A DNA stretch of 64,000 nt from positions 1-64,000 of the forward strand of contig JBDHDE010000002.1 of the NCBI GenBank assembly GCA_039591655.1, written 5' to 3'. Made by a program: the position numbers and the translations under genes. Every line of letters begins with the position of its first letter. Position 1 is the first letter of the stretch. The DNA comes from Gemmatimonadota bacterium. Lineage in GTDB: Bacteria > Gemmatimonadota > Gemmatimonadetes > Gemmatimonadales > GWC2-71-9. Under the pieces are notes generated by a model that saw nothing but the letters and a program-made list of their open reading frames with translations, did not search any database and was not told the DNA's origin. Positions 1-11,825 of the stretch are shown here, one piece after another.

Positions 1-747
1 TTCGTAGCGGTGTTCAACGCGGGGCTGATCCACGGCATGCTGGAGCAGTGGGACTCCGCCACGGTGTACTATCAGAAGTACCGCGAGCTCAATCCCGCCG
101 ACCCCGACGGCCTCACGGGACTCGCCCAGGCCTATGCCCAAGCCGGAGACACCGATCGCGCTCTGGCATTGTACGACAGCATTCTGGACAACGCCGCGGA
201 GATGCAAGCAATCCAGCTGTTCCAAGCGGGCGAGAAGCTGTTCGTAGTCGAGCGCTTCGGGGTCGCGGCCCGCGCCTTCGAGGCCGGGCTCGAGAAGAAC
301 CCGTACTTCCGTCCGGCGCTCTACAACGTGGCCAACTGCTACCTCGCCATCGCCGAGGACGACAGCCTCTCGGAGGAGGAGCAGCACCAGGCAGCCGAGG
401 CCATGGAGGGCGCCGCACAGCGCCTCGCGGCGGCGTACCAGCTGCAACGCAAGCAGCAGCCAACGCTGTCCACCCTCCAGCAGATAGAGGCCATGACGTT
501 CGATGTCGAGATGGACATCCTCCAAGAGGTCGAAGGAGGGTTTGCGGTCGAAGGCCGCCTGGTGAACGCCCGCCTGGAGCCGACCCAGGTACCGACGATC
601 ACCTTCGAGTTCCTGGACGGGGTGGGGAACGTACTGGCAACCGAGAGCGTGGCAGGCCTCACGCTGGAAGGCGGCGGGGCCACGCCGTTCTCGCTCACCG
701 CCGCAGGCGAGGAGATCGTCGCGGCGCGGTACACGGTGGGCGAGTAG
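1..747 (+). CDS. TPR-repeat protein with C-terminal FxLYD-like Ig domain (5' partial)
   Basis: Frame open from base 1; TPR helices (NPADPDGLTGLAQAY, NPYFRPALYNVANCY); C-terminal VEGRLVN...ITFEFLDGVGNVLAT resembles the FxLYD domain. Confidence 0.75.
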   Translation, partial: FVAVFNAGLIHGMLEQWDSATVYYQKYRELNPADPDGLTGLAQAYAQAGDTDRALALYDSILDNAAEMQAIQLFQAGEKLFVVERFGVAARAFEAGLEKNPYFRPALYNVANCYLAIAEDDSLSEEEQHQAAEAMEGAAQRLAAAYQLQRKQQPTLSTLQQIEAMTFDVEMDILQEVEGGFAVEGRLVNARLEPTQVPTITFEFLDGVGNVLATESVAGLTLEGGGATPFSLTAAGEEIVAARYTVGE

Positions 748-760
748 CGCAACACCCCGC

Positions 761-789
761 TTGACGCGTTACCGGGGGGAGAGCATACT
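761..789 (+). promoter_or_regulatory. sigma70-type promoter of tRNA-Gly
   Basis: TTGACG (761-766), 17-bp spacer, CATACT (784-789), 9 nt upstream of the tRNA. Confidence 0.7.
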
Positions 790-798
790 CCCCCCCAA

Positions 799-872
<74 letters not shown>

Positions 873-890
873 AGATAACAGAAGGCTAAG

Positions 891-930
891 GCCAACCCAG
901 GAGGGGACTTCCGCTCTTCCTGGGTTTGGC
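891..930 (+). terminator. hairpin downstream of tRNA-Gly (possibly bidirectional)
   Basis: GCCAACCCAGGA ... TCCTGGGTTTGGC inverted repeat with one bulge, between the tRNA and the convergent phosphatase gene. Confidence 0.55.
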
Positions 931-993
931 TTCATGAAAACCCTTGACCTCCATGAGTTGAGTGAACGAGTTTCGCCGACAAGCGGGGTTAAC

Positions 994-1923
994 TCAGCGT
1001 AGCCCGCGAACCTCGTTTTCGCGGATCTCGAGAACCGCGGGGCGCCCGCCGTAGTGGGCAGCCATGCCGACATCGATGCACCAAACCCGGCCCCCACAGA
1101 AGGACGTCACGCCGGTGCGCTGAACCGTATGCCCCACCACCATTCGCTCTACCTCGAGGCGATCCAGCACCGAACTCAGCGTGTCGCATGCCTCGACGTT
1201 CGGCTCGCCAGAGAACAGTCGGGTCCACACTGGGCTTCGGTCGCCTCGGATCCACAAGGGTTGCGGGGCCTCCGCACGGAGCCACGCTCGGATCTCCTCA
1301 TTCATACGGTCCAGACCGCGGTCCACGTGCTCGGGTAGGATGCCGCCATGCACGAAGAGACTGTTCCCCACGATGACGACGGTGTTTTGTTGAGCCAAGA
1401 GACGGGCGAACGGGCCACCGGGAACGAAGGCCGCTGCCCTGGCTCTCTGATCCGGTTCCAGGGAAGCCAGGAGGGAGTCGGCTGCGTCGACCACCGCCAC
1501 GTCTTCGAAGTCGACGAAACCATCCGGTGTGACGTACCGAAAATCATGATACGCGTTCATCAGTTCGTGATTCCCGTTGAGTACGTGAACCGCCCCACCC
1601 ACTTGTTCCGCTTCCTCCTGGAGTCGCTGGAACAGCCGGATCACAGCCTCCTCCTCGTCGCCCCGGTCAAGGATGTCACCAGTCTGGATTACGACGAGAT
1701 CGCCTCCGATCCACTGGTCATTTGCGTCGATGGCCCCTCCGAGGCGAAGGGCCTGCCGGGCGGCCTCCAGATCCCCGTGTAGGTCTCCGATGGCGATAAC
1801 GCGCTCGGCGGCCCCAAACCGTGTCAGGAACGCTTCCTCGGCAGGGCCGGTCTCCTTGCAAGCCGACAGAACCAGAGCAGCGAATGGGACGGTCAGGACG
1901 GCGGCGACATGGCGGCAGTACAT
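994..1923 (-). CDS. metallophosphoesterase lipoprotein (Shewanella-like PPP phosphatase family)
   Basis: GDLHGD, GDILDRG, GNHE, HGG, GHT and IDVG motifs; ATG at 1923 with GAGGGA upstream; signal peptide ending in lipobox LSAC. Confidence 0.88.
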   Translation of the reverse strand: MYCRHVAAVLTVPFAALVLSACKETGPAEEAFLTRFGAAERVIAIGDLHGDLEAARQALRLGGAIDANDQWIGGDLVVIQTGDILDRGDEEEAVIRLFQRLQEEAEQVGGAVHVLNGNHELMNAYHDFRYVTPDGFVDFEDVAVVDAADSLLASLEPDQRARAAAFVPGGPFARLLAQQNTVVIVGNSLFVHGGILPEHVDRGLDRMNEEIRAWLRAEAPQPLWIRGDRSPVWTRLFSGEPNVEACDTLSSVLDRLEVERMVVGHTVQRTGVTSFCGGRVWCIDVGMAAHYGGRPAVLEIRENEVRGLR

Positions 1924-2080
1924 CGATGAGTCCCTCGTATTGGTGGTGACCCACGCCAAGCGTCGGCAGAGCGGCCTCTCGACCCCTGGGCCCCGCACCA
2001 TTCTGTTCTGCACCGCTCGACGGTATTGCACCGAACCCGTGGAGATTGCCTGCAAGGAAGTGGGCGTGCAACCCTGACCG

Positions 2081-2191
2081 TACGAGTTGCGCGATCCCTG
2101 GCTCCCCATCACCAACTCGGAGCCATGGTTCGACGACCTTAGAGACCATCCGCGCTTCCGAGCGCCGCGCGACAACATGGGGCTTCCGTGA
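2081..2191 (+). pseudogene. C-terminal relic of a TPR/kinase- or cyclase-type protein
   Basis: Translates YELRDPWLPITNSEPWFDDLRDHPRFRAPRDNMGLP*, like the common terminal motif AYEERDPWL..DP.FD.LR.DPRF..L.RMGL; in-frame stop at 2075-2077 and no start. Confidence 0.6.
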
Positions 2192-2401
2192 AGGCGCGGC
2201 CTCCTTGCCAGAGAATCATTGCGAACATCTGAGCGGCCGTTCGTAGAAGCCCCGCCGCGAGGTTCCCCCCCATACCCCCCTCGGTGAATTCCTGGACCGC
2301 TAGAGACCAGGGCCTGATAGCTGGAACCGCCCAGTTTTCCTGGCCCGACGCCGGTTGAGTGGAACCTGGGACTGAGCAGCCTGCGCCCCCACCACAGGCT
2401 C

Positions 2402-2443
2402 CCCAAGCTGGACGTCGCCGGTTCGAATCCGGTCGCCCGCTCT
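2402..2443 (+). repeat. 42-bp direct repeat, copy 2 (attR-like; displaced tRNA-Gly 3' end)
   Basis: Identical to 831-872; the 5' half of the tRNA is absent here. Confidence 0.95.
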
Positions 2444-2449
2444 GCGCTC

Positions 2450-2480
2450 CAGCCCGCGGTCTCCACCAGGCCGCGGGCTG
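2450..2480 (+). terminator. GC-rich hairpin after attR (probable original tRNA terminator)
   Basis: CAGCCCGCGGTCT-CCACC-AGGCCGCGGGCTG, 13-bp stem with one G-U pair; no U-tract. Confidence 0.5.
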
Positions 2481-2810
2481 ACTCGCCACAGAAAGATGTT
2501 GGGCCGGGCGGGCCTGACCCTCCGTTGCTGAATCCGTCACCCCCTTTCGCGAGCAGCACCTCGTAAGCCATCCGCTGAGGCGACCTAACGGACAGACCCA
2601 CAACAAGTTGCCCCAATACAGGGCGCCATGTTCATCCGATCGGAGATGCGCTGCCAGGTTGTAGCGGACGTCACGGCGGAAGACGCTGCTTTGCCTAGAG
2701 TTGGACCCATCGTCTGCACTGCCATCGAAACGGAAACGCCGATACATACCCTGTCATAGGTGCCTTCAGTGGCCCACGTCGCCCCAGGCGAGTTCTAGGA
2801 GGAGAAGCCG

Positions 2811-5447
<2,637 letters not shown>

Positions 5448-5546
5448 GCCCCGACCCGGGCATTCTCTCCGATTGCCCCGCCGCGACCAGCGCGTTATCT
5501 CTCTCCGTATACGGCATCAGATCGACCTCAACGAGGGGGATCACCC

Positions 5547-7169
5547 ATGCGCGCGCCGCCACGTCTCGCCCTCCCGATCACGATGCTCTGTCTCGCCTTT
5601 CTCGCTCCACCGGCCCAGGGCCAGGAGGAGTGGCAAGGGCCTCAGAACCCCTGCCGGGTCAGGTCAGGCCACTTTCTCGTCACCGGGGCCACCAACCACC
5701 TGAGAATCGCGGTGGAGACCGACGACCCGGGGCGGCGAGAGAGCCGCTTGGATGAGGCACACAGGGTCCTCACTGAGGCCATCCTCGAGAAGAACCAGGG
5801 TGACAACCCCGGGGCGTGGTACTACCTCGGGCGCTACTACGTGTATCGGGGCGACGCCTGGGGCGCCGACTCCGCCTTCCGCAAGGTGCTGGAAGCCCTC
5901 CCGGACTGCGCCGAGGATGTGGGCATGTACATCGGGCGGCTGACGCCGGAGATCCGCGCCGCCGCCGTCGAGGCATGGCAGGGCGAACAACTCGATTCGG
6001 CCGCTGCGCTGTTCCAGTTGGCCCGTACGCTGGCGCCGGAGGACGCGGAGATTCCCCTGTTCCTGAGCATGATGTACGCCAACGCGGGAGAGCTCGACTC
6101 GGCAGCCAAGTACGTGACGTTGGGGGTGGAGATAGCGGGCGACGACACCACCCATGAGCGCCGCGTGCAGCAGGCGATGCTCGACGTGGCACGCGGCTAT
6201 GAGACCCTGGCGTTCGAGAGCCCCGCCGTCAGCCGGATCACGGAATCCCGCATGCACCGCGATACGCTGCTGCGCGCGGTCCACAAGGACTCGATCCTGC
6301 TCGCGCAGCTCATCGCCGAGTGGGCCGGCCGCACACTGCGCCCCGACGTGCAGCAGGCGGTGGCGCGGGATTCGGCCCGTATTGCCGACCGATTGGCGGC
6401 CGCGCGGGTCGAGCTGCCCGAGGCCATCGAGATGATGGCGCAGGACAGCGCGGAGGCCGACGGCCTCATGAGCCCGGCCCTGGACGCCTACGCCAGGTAC
6501 CTGGAGGTGTTTCCCGACGACGGCCAAACCGCCATCCGCCTGCTGCGGCGCTACTCCTTGGTGGGGTACACGGCCGAGATGGAGCGCCTCATAGAAGATC
6601 TCGGGCAGCGGGACATCGATGTCGTGGAGCTAGCCACGACGGGGAGGGCGCTGTACAACGACGGTCACCCGGCGCACGCGGCCTTGCTCCTGGAGACGGT
6701 GCTGGCCCGCAACGGGTACATCAGGGACGCTCTCTACACGCTGTGCCGCGCCTACTACACGCTACAGGACGCCGAGCACCTCAAGCCCGTTGCGCGTCAA
6801 CTCCTGGAGGTCGATCCCCTCAACGCGCAGAACCTGCGAATGGTCGCCGCAGCCTGGGATCTCGAGGGCAACATGGACTCCACCATCAAGTACGTGGCCC
6901 AGGCCGACACGGGCATCGGGTGGTACGTCCGCGTCACGCAGATGGTCACAATGGGACCGCGCACGGTGATCAACGGGACGGTGCAGAACATCGCGCCTCG
7001 CGATCTGGAGCCCATCACCCTCGAGTTCGACTTCCTGAACGCAGCCGGCGAGGTCGTGGCCACCGGTCGGGCTGAGATCCCGGCGCTGGCCCGGATGCGC
7101 CGTCAGGCTATCGAGGTGGAAACGGACCAGCCTGGCGCGATCGCGTGGAGGTACCGCAGGACCCAGTAA
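5547..7169 (+). CDS. exported TPR-repeat protein with C-terminal FxLYD-like domain
   Basis: Signal peptide (..PAQG/QEE), TPR helices, C-terminal INGTVQN...LEFDFLNAAGEVV; GAGGGG RBS. Confidence 0.75.
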   Translation: MRAPPRLALPITMLCLAFLAPPAQGQEEWQGPQNPCRVRSGHFLVTGATNHLRIAVETDDPGRRESRLDEAHRVLTEAILEKNQGDNPGAWYYLGRYYVYRGDAWGADSAFRKVLEALPDCAEDVGMYIGRLTPEIRAAAVEAWQGEQLDSAAALFQLARTLAPEDAEIPLFLSMMYANAGELDSAAKYVTLGVEIAGDDTTHERRVQQAMLDVARGYETLAFESPAVSRITESRMHRDTLLRAVHKDSILLAQLIAEWAGRTLRPDVQQAVARDSARIADRLAAARVELPEAIEMMAQDSAEADGLMSPALDAYARYLEVFPDDGQTAIRLLRRYSLVGYTAEMERLIEDLGQRDIDVVELATTGRALYNDGHPAHAALLLETVLARNGYIRDALYTLCRAYYTLQDAEHLKPVARQLLEVDPLNAQNLRMVAAAWDLEGNMDSTIKYVAQADTGIGWYVRVTQMVTMGPRTVINGTVQNIAPRDLEPITLEFDFLNAAGEVVATGRAEIPALARMRRQAIEVETDQPGAIAWRYRRTQ

Positions 7170-7241
7170 CGCGCACCGGTCCGATTATCTTTCCTGGTCG
7201 CCCCCGCCTCCCCCCTGCGACCGGAAGGGTAGGGTCTCGCC

Positions 7242-8519
7242 ATGATTCGGGTGCAAGCGGTGCACCCCGACTCCATCGCTGCGGAGCTCGGCCTCGACAC
7301 GGGGTACGAGCTCCTCACCATCGACGGTAGGGAGCTAGCCGACTTCCTCGACTGGGAGTTCCTCACCGCCGAGGAGCGCTTCGTGCTACTGGCCCGATCG
7401 CCAGCGGGGGAGCTGTTCGAGTACGACGTCGAGCGGCCCGAAGATCTGCCGCTGGGCGTCGAGCTGGAGCCGCCTCGGATCAGGCGGTGCGGCAACCGCT
7501 GCGACTTCTGCTTCGTGGACGGGCTGCCCCAGGGACTCCGCGGCTCGCTGTACGTGCGGGACGACGACTACCGCCTGTCGTTCCGCTACGGGAACTTCGC
7601 CACCCTCACCAACCTCAAGCCGAGAGACTTCCAGCGGATCGTGGAGTACCGGCTCTCACCGCTCCACGTCTCGGTCCACGCGACCGACCCCGTGGTGCGC
7701 CGCCGCCTGCTGCGCAATCCCCGAGCGCCGGCGATCCTGCCGCAGCTCGCCGAGCTCGCCGCGGCAGGGATCCGGTTCCACACCCAGGTGGTGCTGCAGC
7801 CCGGCGTGAACGACGGAGAGGTCCTGGGCCGGAGCCTGGAGGACCTCTATGCCCTCAACGACGCCGTCCTGTCGGTATCCGTGGTCCCGGTGGGTCTCAC
7901 GGAGTTCAGCAAGCACCAGCTTGTGCGGGAGCCGACGGCCGCGGAGTGCGAGGCCGCGGCGGCTCTCGTGGAACGGCATCAGGAGCGCGCCCTCGTGGAG
8001 CGCCGCCACCGCTGGGCCTACGGCGCCGACGAGCTGTACGCCGTGGCCGGGCTCCCGTTGCCCCCGGCCGAGACGTACGACGACTTCGAGCAGGTCGAGA
8101 ACGGGGTGGGAAGCGTGCGCTACCTGCAGCAACGCATTCACGAGGCGGCGGGCGAGCTGCCCGACCTCAACGGGAGGCGCATCGGGGTCTTCACCGGCAC
8201 GGCGATGGGGCGGCTCATGCCCGAGGTCCTCAGTACGCTGAGCGCGCACACCGGCGCGACCTTCGAGCTCATGCCGCTGGTCAACGATCTCTTCGGGCAG
8301 TCGGTCACCTCCGCCGGTCTGCTGCCGGGCAGCGCGTTGGCCAACGCGCTGCGGGAGCGGCACCACGTCGAACTCGCGCTGATCCCGGCGGAAGCGCTGA
8401 ACGACGCTGGGCGATTCCTGGATGACCTGACCTTCCACGAGCTGGCCGCAGGGGCTCCGGTGGAGGTCCGTCCGTCGTACGACTTCGTCGACGCATTGGG
8501 CCAGGGCGCACCGGCGTGA
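7242..8519 (+). CDS. PDZ + radical-SAM-like DUF512 Fe-S protein
   Basis: N-terminal PDZ-like segment, CGNRCDFC (CxxxCxxC), DDDYRLSF, QVENGVG; typical position upstream of der. Confidence 0.88.
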   Translation: MIRVQAVHPDSIAAELGLDTGYELLTIDGRELADFLDWEFLTAEERFVLLARSPAGELFEYDVERPEDLPLGVELEPPRIRRCGNRCDFCFVDGLPQGLRGSLYVRDDDYRLSFRYGNFATLTNLKPRDFQRIVEYRLSPLHVSVHATDPVVRRRLLRNPRAPAILPQLAELAAAGIRFHTQVVLQPGVNDGEVLGRSLEDLYALNDAVLSVSVVPVGLTEFSKHQLVREPTAAECEAAAALVERHQERALVERRHRWAYGADELYAVAGLPLPPAETYDDFEQVENGVGSVRYLQQRIHEAAGELPDLNGRRIGVFTGTAMGRLMPEVLSTLSAHTGATFELMPLVNDLFGQSVTSAGLLPGSALANALRERHHVELALIPAEALNDAGRFLDDLTFHELAAGAPVEVRPSYDFVDALGQGAPA

Positions 8520-9838
8520 GACAAGCCACCGTAGCCATCATCGGGCGACCCAACGTGGGCAAGTCCACGCTGTTCAACCGGATCGTCGGTGGCAGGCGTG
8601 CCATCGTGGACGACCGGCCCGGTGTCACCCGTGACCGCCACTACGCCGCAGCCGAATGGACGGGCAAGCCCTTCTGGCTGGTGGACACCGGCGGCTGGAC
8701 GACCGACGAGGGCGACACCCTGCACCAGGCCATTCGCCAGCAGATCGAGGTCGCGATGGCCGAGTCCGAAGTGATCGTGTTGGTGGTGGACACGAAGTTC
8801 GGCGTCCACCCCCAAGATCAGGAGGTCGCGGAGCTGCTGCGCCCGCACCGTGACCGCGTGGTGGTCGCCGCCAACAAGGCGGACGACCTGCCGGGCGACG
8901 TATCCCATCACGCGTTCCACGAGCTCGGGCTAGGGGATCCTCAGGCCGTCTCCGCCGCCACGGGGAAGGGGAGCGGCGACCTGCTGGACCGAGTGGTGGC
9001 CCTGCTGCCTGCGGGGCCGGAGGAGCCCGCCGAGGAAGCCATCGAGGTGGCGGTGGTGGGCCGCCCCAACGTGGGCAAATCGAGCCTGGTGAACCGCCTC
9101 CTGGGCCAGGAGCGTTCCGTGGTGGCTCCGGAGGCCGGGACCACCCGCGACGCGATCGACTCCCCCTTGCGGTACCATGGCCAAACGCTCAACTTCATTG
9201 ATACAGCGGGGTTACGGAAGCGATCGAAAGTAGAAGATGAGATCGAGTTCTACTCGACCCTGCGGACGGACCGGGCGATCCAGCGGGCCGAGGTGTGTGT
9301 CCTGGTAGCGGACGCCACCCGGGGAATCGAGGTGCAGGACCTCAAGATCGCCCAGGCCGTGTGGGAGCAAGGCGCCGGCCTGATCGTGGCCGTGACGAAA
9401 TGGGACCTGGTCCACGGCAAGGAGACCCAGACCGCCTCCCAGGGTGAGCGCGAGATCGTCGGCCGCGCACCGTTTCTCGGATCGGCGCCGTTCGTGTACG
9501 TCTCGGCGGTGACCGGCCAAAGGGCGCGTCGGGTGCTGGACCTCATCATGCACGTGGCGAGCGCCCGCCAGCGCCGGGTGCCGACTGCAGAGGTCAACCG
9601 GGTGTTGCAGGCGCTCGTGAGCCGCCAACAGCCACCGCAGCACGGAGGGCAGGAGGTCAAGCTGCTGTACGCTTCGCAAGTGGGCATCGGCCCACCCACG
9701 TTCGCCGTGGTGGCCAATCAGCCCGACCCCGTCCCGGAGTCGTACCGCCGCTACCTGGAGCGGGGATTCCGCGAAGCGTGGGATTTCACCGGCGCGCCCA
9801 TCCGCATCCGGTTTCGCCGCAAGCGTGGGAAGCGATGA
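8516..9838 (+). CDS. der: ribosome biogenesis GTPase Der (EngA)
   Basis: Two GRPNVGKS G-domains, DTGG/DTAG, C-terminal KH-like domain. Confidence 0.97.
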   Translation: MRQATVAIIGRPNVGKSTLFNRIVGGRRAIVDDRPGVTRDRHYAAAEWTGKPFWLVDTGGWTTDEGDTLHQAIRQQIEVAMAESEVIVLVVDTKFGVHPQDQEVAELLRPHRDRVVVAANKADDLPGDVSHHAFHELGLGDPQAVSAATGKGSGDLLDRVVALLPAGPEEPAEEAIEVAVVGRPNVGKSSLVNRLLGQERSVVAPEAGTTRDAIDSPLRYHGQTLNFIDTAGLRKRSKVEDEIEFYSTLRTDRAIQRAEVCVLVADATRGIEVQDLKIAQAVWEQGAGLIVAVTKWDLVHGKETQTASQGEREIVGRAPFLGSAPFVYVSAVTGQRARRVLDLIMHVASARQRRVPTAEVNRVLQALVSRQQPPQHGGQEVKLLYASQVGIGPPTFAVVANQPDPVPESYRRYLERGFREAWDFTGAPIRIRFRRKRGKR

Positions 9839-10449
9839 CCCTCTTTCTCTGGCTGCTCGGCGCGTACCTCGTGGGAGCCATTCCCACCAGCTACCTGGCG
9901 GGCCGCTACGGAGCTGGTATCGACCTGCGCGAGCACGGGAGCAAGAACCTGGGCGCCACGAACGTCTATCGCGTACTGGGTTGGAAGTACGCGATTCCAG
10001 TAGGCCTGTTCGACGTGGCGAAGGGAGCGGTGCCCGTCTTGCTCGTCACGCCCCGTGCCGAGCAGGCGTGGGTACCGCTGGCCGTAGGGATCGCTGCGGT
10101 CTTGGGGCACGTCTTCTCGGTGTTCATGCGCTTCCGGGGCGGTAAGGGCGTCGCCACGGCCGCGGGCGTGGTGCTGGCGCTGGCGCCGGCGGCCCTGGGA
10201 ATCAGCGCACTCGTATGGATCCTGGTCATGCGGGCCACGGGCTACGTATCCCTCGCTTCCATGCTCGGGACCGTCACGTTCCCCATTGCTGAGCGCCTGT
10301 TGGAGCCAGACGACCGCTACACCTTTGCCGCCGGTTGCGCACTGGCCGTCTTCATCATCTACACGCACCGCAGCAATATCCGCCGCCTCTTGGCGGGGAG
10401 CGAGAACCGGTTCGGACGGCGGCACCGCGCTGCCGGGGGAGACGCTTAG
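9835..10449 (+). CDS. plsY: glycerol-3-phosphate acyltransferase PlsY
   Basis: GSKNLGATN, DVAKG, FRGGKGVAT, HRSNIRRL; ATG overlaps der stop (ATGA). Confidence 0.95.
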   Translation: MTLFLWLLGAYLVGAIPTSYLAGRYGAGIDLREHGSKNLGATNVYRVLGWKYAIPVGLFDVAKGAVPVLLVTPRAEQAWVPLAVGIAAVLGHVFSVFMRFRGGKGVATAAGVVLALAPAALGISALVWILVMRATGYVSLASMLGTVTFPIAERLLEPDDRYTFAAGCALAVFIIYTHRSNIRRLLAGSENRFGRRHRAAGGDA

Positions 10450-11445
10450 GTGCGCATCTCGGTGGTCGGGGCAGGGAGCTGGGGCACCACCCTCGCCGAC
10501 CTCCTGGCGAGCAAGGGTCACGACGTGCACATCTGGGCGCACGAGCCCGAGGTGGCGGAGTCCATCAACCGCGAGCACGTGAATCATCTCTTCCTGCGTG
10601 ACTCGCGGCTCAGCGAGAGCCTGGTAGCCCATGTGGAGTTGGGAGACGCGCTGAGCGGCGTGGAGATGGTGGTATCGGCGGCGCCCTCGCACGTGGTGCG
10701 GCAGGTGAGCAGCGACGTCTGGGCCGAGCTGAACGGCGCCGAGCCCCCCATTGTGGTGAGCGTCTCCAAGGGGCTCGAGACGGACTCCCTCAAGCTGATG
10801 AGCGAGGTACTGGGCGAGACGATGCCCGGCGCGCCGGTGGTGGCGCTCTCGGGACCAAGCTTCGCGCAAGAGGTCTACGAGCGGCACCCCACGGCCGTCG
10901 TGGCCGCCTCGGGAGACGTCCAGGCCGCTCGCGCCGCACAGCAGGCGTTCTCCACCGGTCACTTTCGCGTCTACAGCAGTGCGGACGTGGTGGGTGTGCA
11001 GCTGGGCGGGGCGCTCAAGAACGTGATCGCCATTGCCGCCGGGCTGCTGCACGGGCTGCGCATGGGGCACAACAGCATGGCCGCCTTGATCACGCGGGGC
11101 CTCGCCGAGATGGGACGCCTGGGGACGACGATGGGCGCCGACCCCATGACCTTTGCCGGTCTGGCCGGATTGGGTGACCTCATTCTCACGGCTACCGGGG
11201 CCCTGAGCCGCAACCGCTCGCTGGGCATCGAGCTGGCCGAAGGGCGGACCCTGAATGAGATCCTCGCGACCCGCCGCACAGTCGCCGAGGGAGTGCGTAC
11301 GGCACGCGCTGCAGTGGAGCTCTCCGAGCAGGTGGGAAGTGAGATGCCCATTGCGGTGGAGGTGGCCAACATCCTGTTCGAGGAAAAGGACCCCAGCCAG
11401 GCAGTCCGTGACCTCATGGAGCGCGAGCTCAAGGCGGAGCACTGA
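10450..11445 (+). CDS. gpsA: NAD(P)H-dependent glycerol-3-phosphate dehydrogenase
   Basis: GAGSWG, SKG, LSGPSFA, GALKNVIAI, GLAGLGDL, SRN. Confidence 0.96.
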   Translation: MRISVVGAGSWGTTLADLLASKGHDVHIWAHEPEVAESINREHVNHLFLRDSRLSESLVAHVELGDALSGVEMVVSAAPSHVVRQVSSDVWAELNGAEPPIVVSVSKGLETDSLKLMSEVLGETMPGAPVVALSGPSFAQEVYERHPTAVVAASGDVQAARAAQQAFSTGHFRVYSSADVVGVQLGGALKNVIAIAAGLLHGLRMGHNSMAALITRGLAEMGRLGTTMGADPMTFAGLAGLGDLILTATGALSRNRSLGIELAEGRTLNEILATRRTVAEGVRTARAAVELSEQVGSEMPIAVEVANILFEEKDPSQAVRDLMERELKAEH

Positions 11446-11447
11446 CG

Positions 11448-11825
11448 ATGACGGTGTCCCGCCCGGTCCAGGAGTTCTTCTCCATCGGCGACGTGTGCCA
11501 GCTGACCGATCTCAAGCCGCACGTGCTGCGGTATTGGGAGAGCCAGTTCCGGTTCTTGAATCCAGCGAAGAACCGCTCGGGAAACCGCGTATACCAGCGG
11601 CGCGAGATCGAGCTCATCATGCTCGTCAAGCACCTGCTGTACTCGGAGAAGTACACCATCGAGGGCGCGCGGCGGCGGATCGAGCATTATCGGCGCACAG
11701 GAATCCTCAAGTCCGAGGCCCGGTTCGCCCTGCAACGCGAGACGATCGAGAACCTCACGGCCGAGCTGCGTCACGTTCTCGACATCCTCGACGGCAAAGC
11801 GCCCGTTGAACCTCCTCCTGAGTAA
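11448..11825 (+). CDS. MerR-family transcriptional regulator
   Basis: FSIGDVCQLTDLKPHVLRYWE..F..L.P.KNRSGNRVY HTH. Confidence 0.92.
   Translation: MTVSRPVQEFFSIGDVCQLTDLKPHVLRYWESQFRFLNPAKNRSGNRVYQRREIELIMLVKHLLYSEKYTIEGARRRIEHYRRTGILKSEARFALQRETIENLTAELRHVLDILDGKAPVEPPPE

Noticed and set aside
2402..2443. Second tRNA-Gly gene
   Set aside because: Only the 3' half is present; no 5' acceptor strand or D-arm
2521..2592. Resemblance to the c-di-AMP (ydaO) riboswitch 3' end (GAATCCGTCA...ACCTCGTAAGC) upstream of the kinase
   Set aside because: The conserved 5' elements are missing and the spacing is wrong; an Infernal/Rfam search would settle it
1924..2616. N-terminal 230 aa of the 540-aa ORF-track protein (994..2616)
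   Set aside because: Reads antisense through the att repeat/tRNA fragment (ERATGFEPATSSLGS is antisense tRNA); the plausible start with RBS and signal peptide is at 1923
9751..11442. Long antisense/shadow ORFs (also 17298-18635, 39745-41328, 54393-55985 and others)
   Set aside because: They overlap well-supported genes, have no recognisable motifs, and are expected from stop-codon scarcity at high GC
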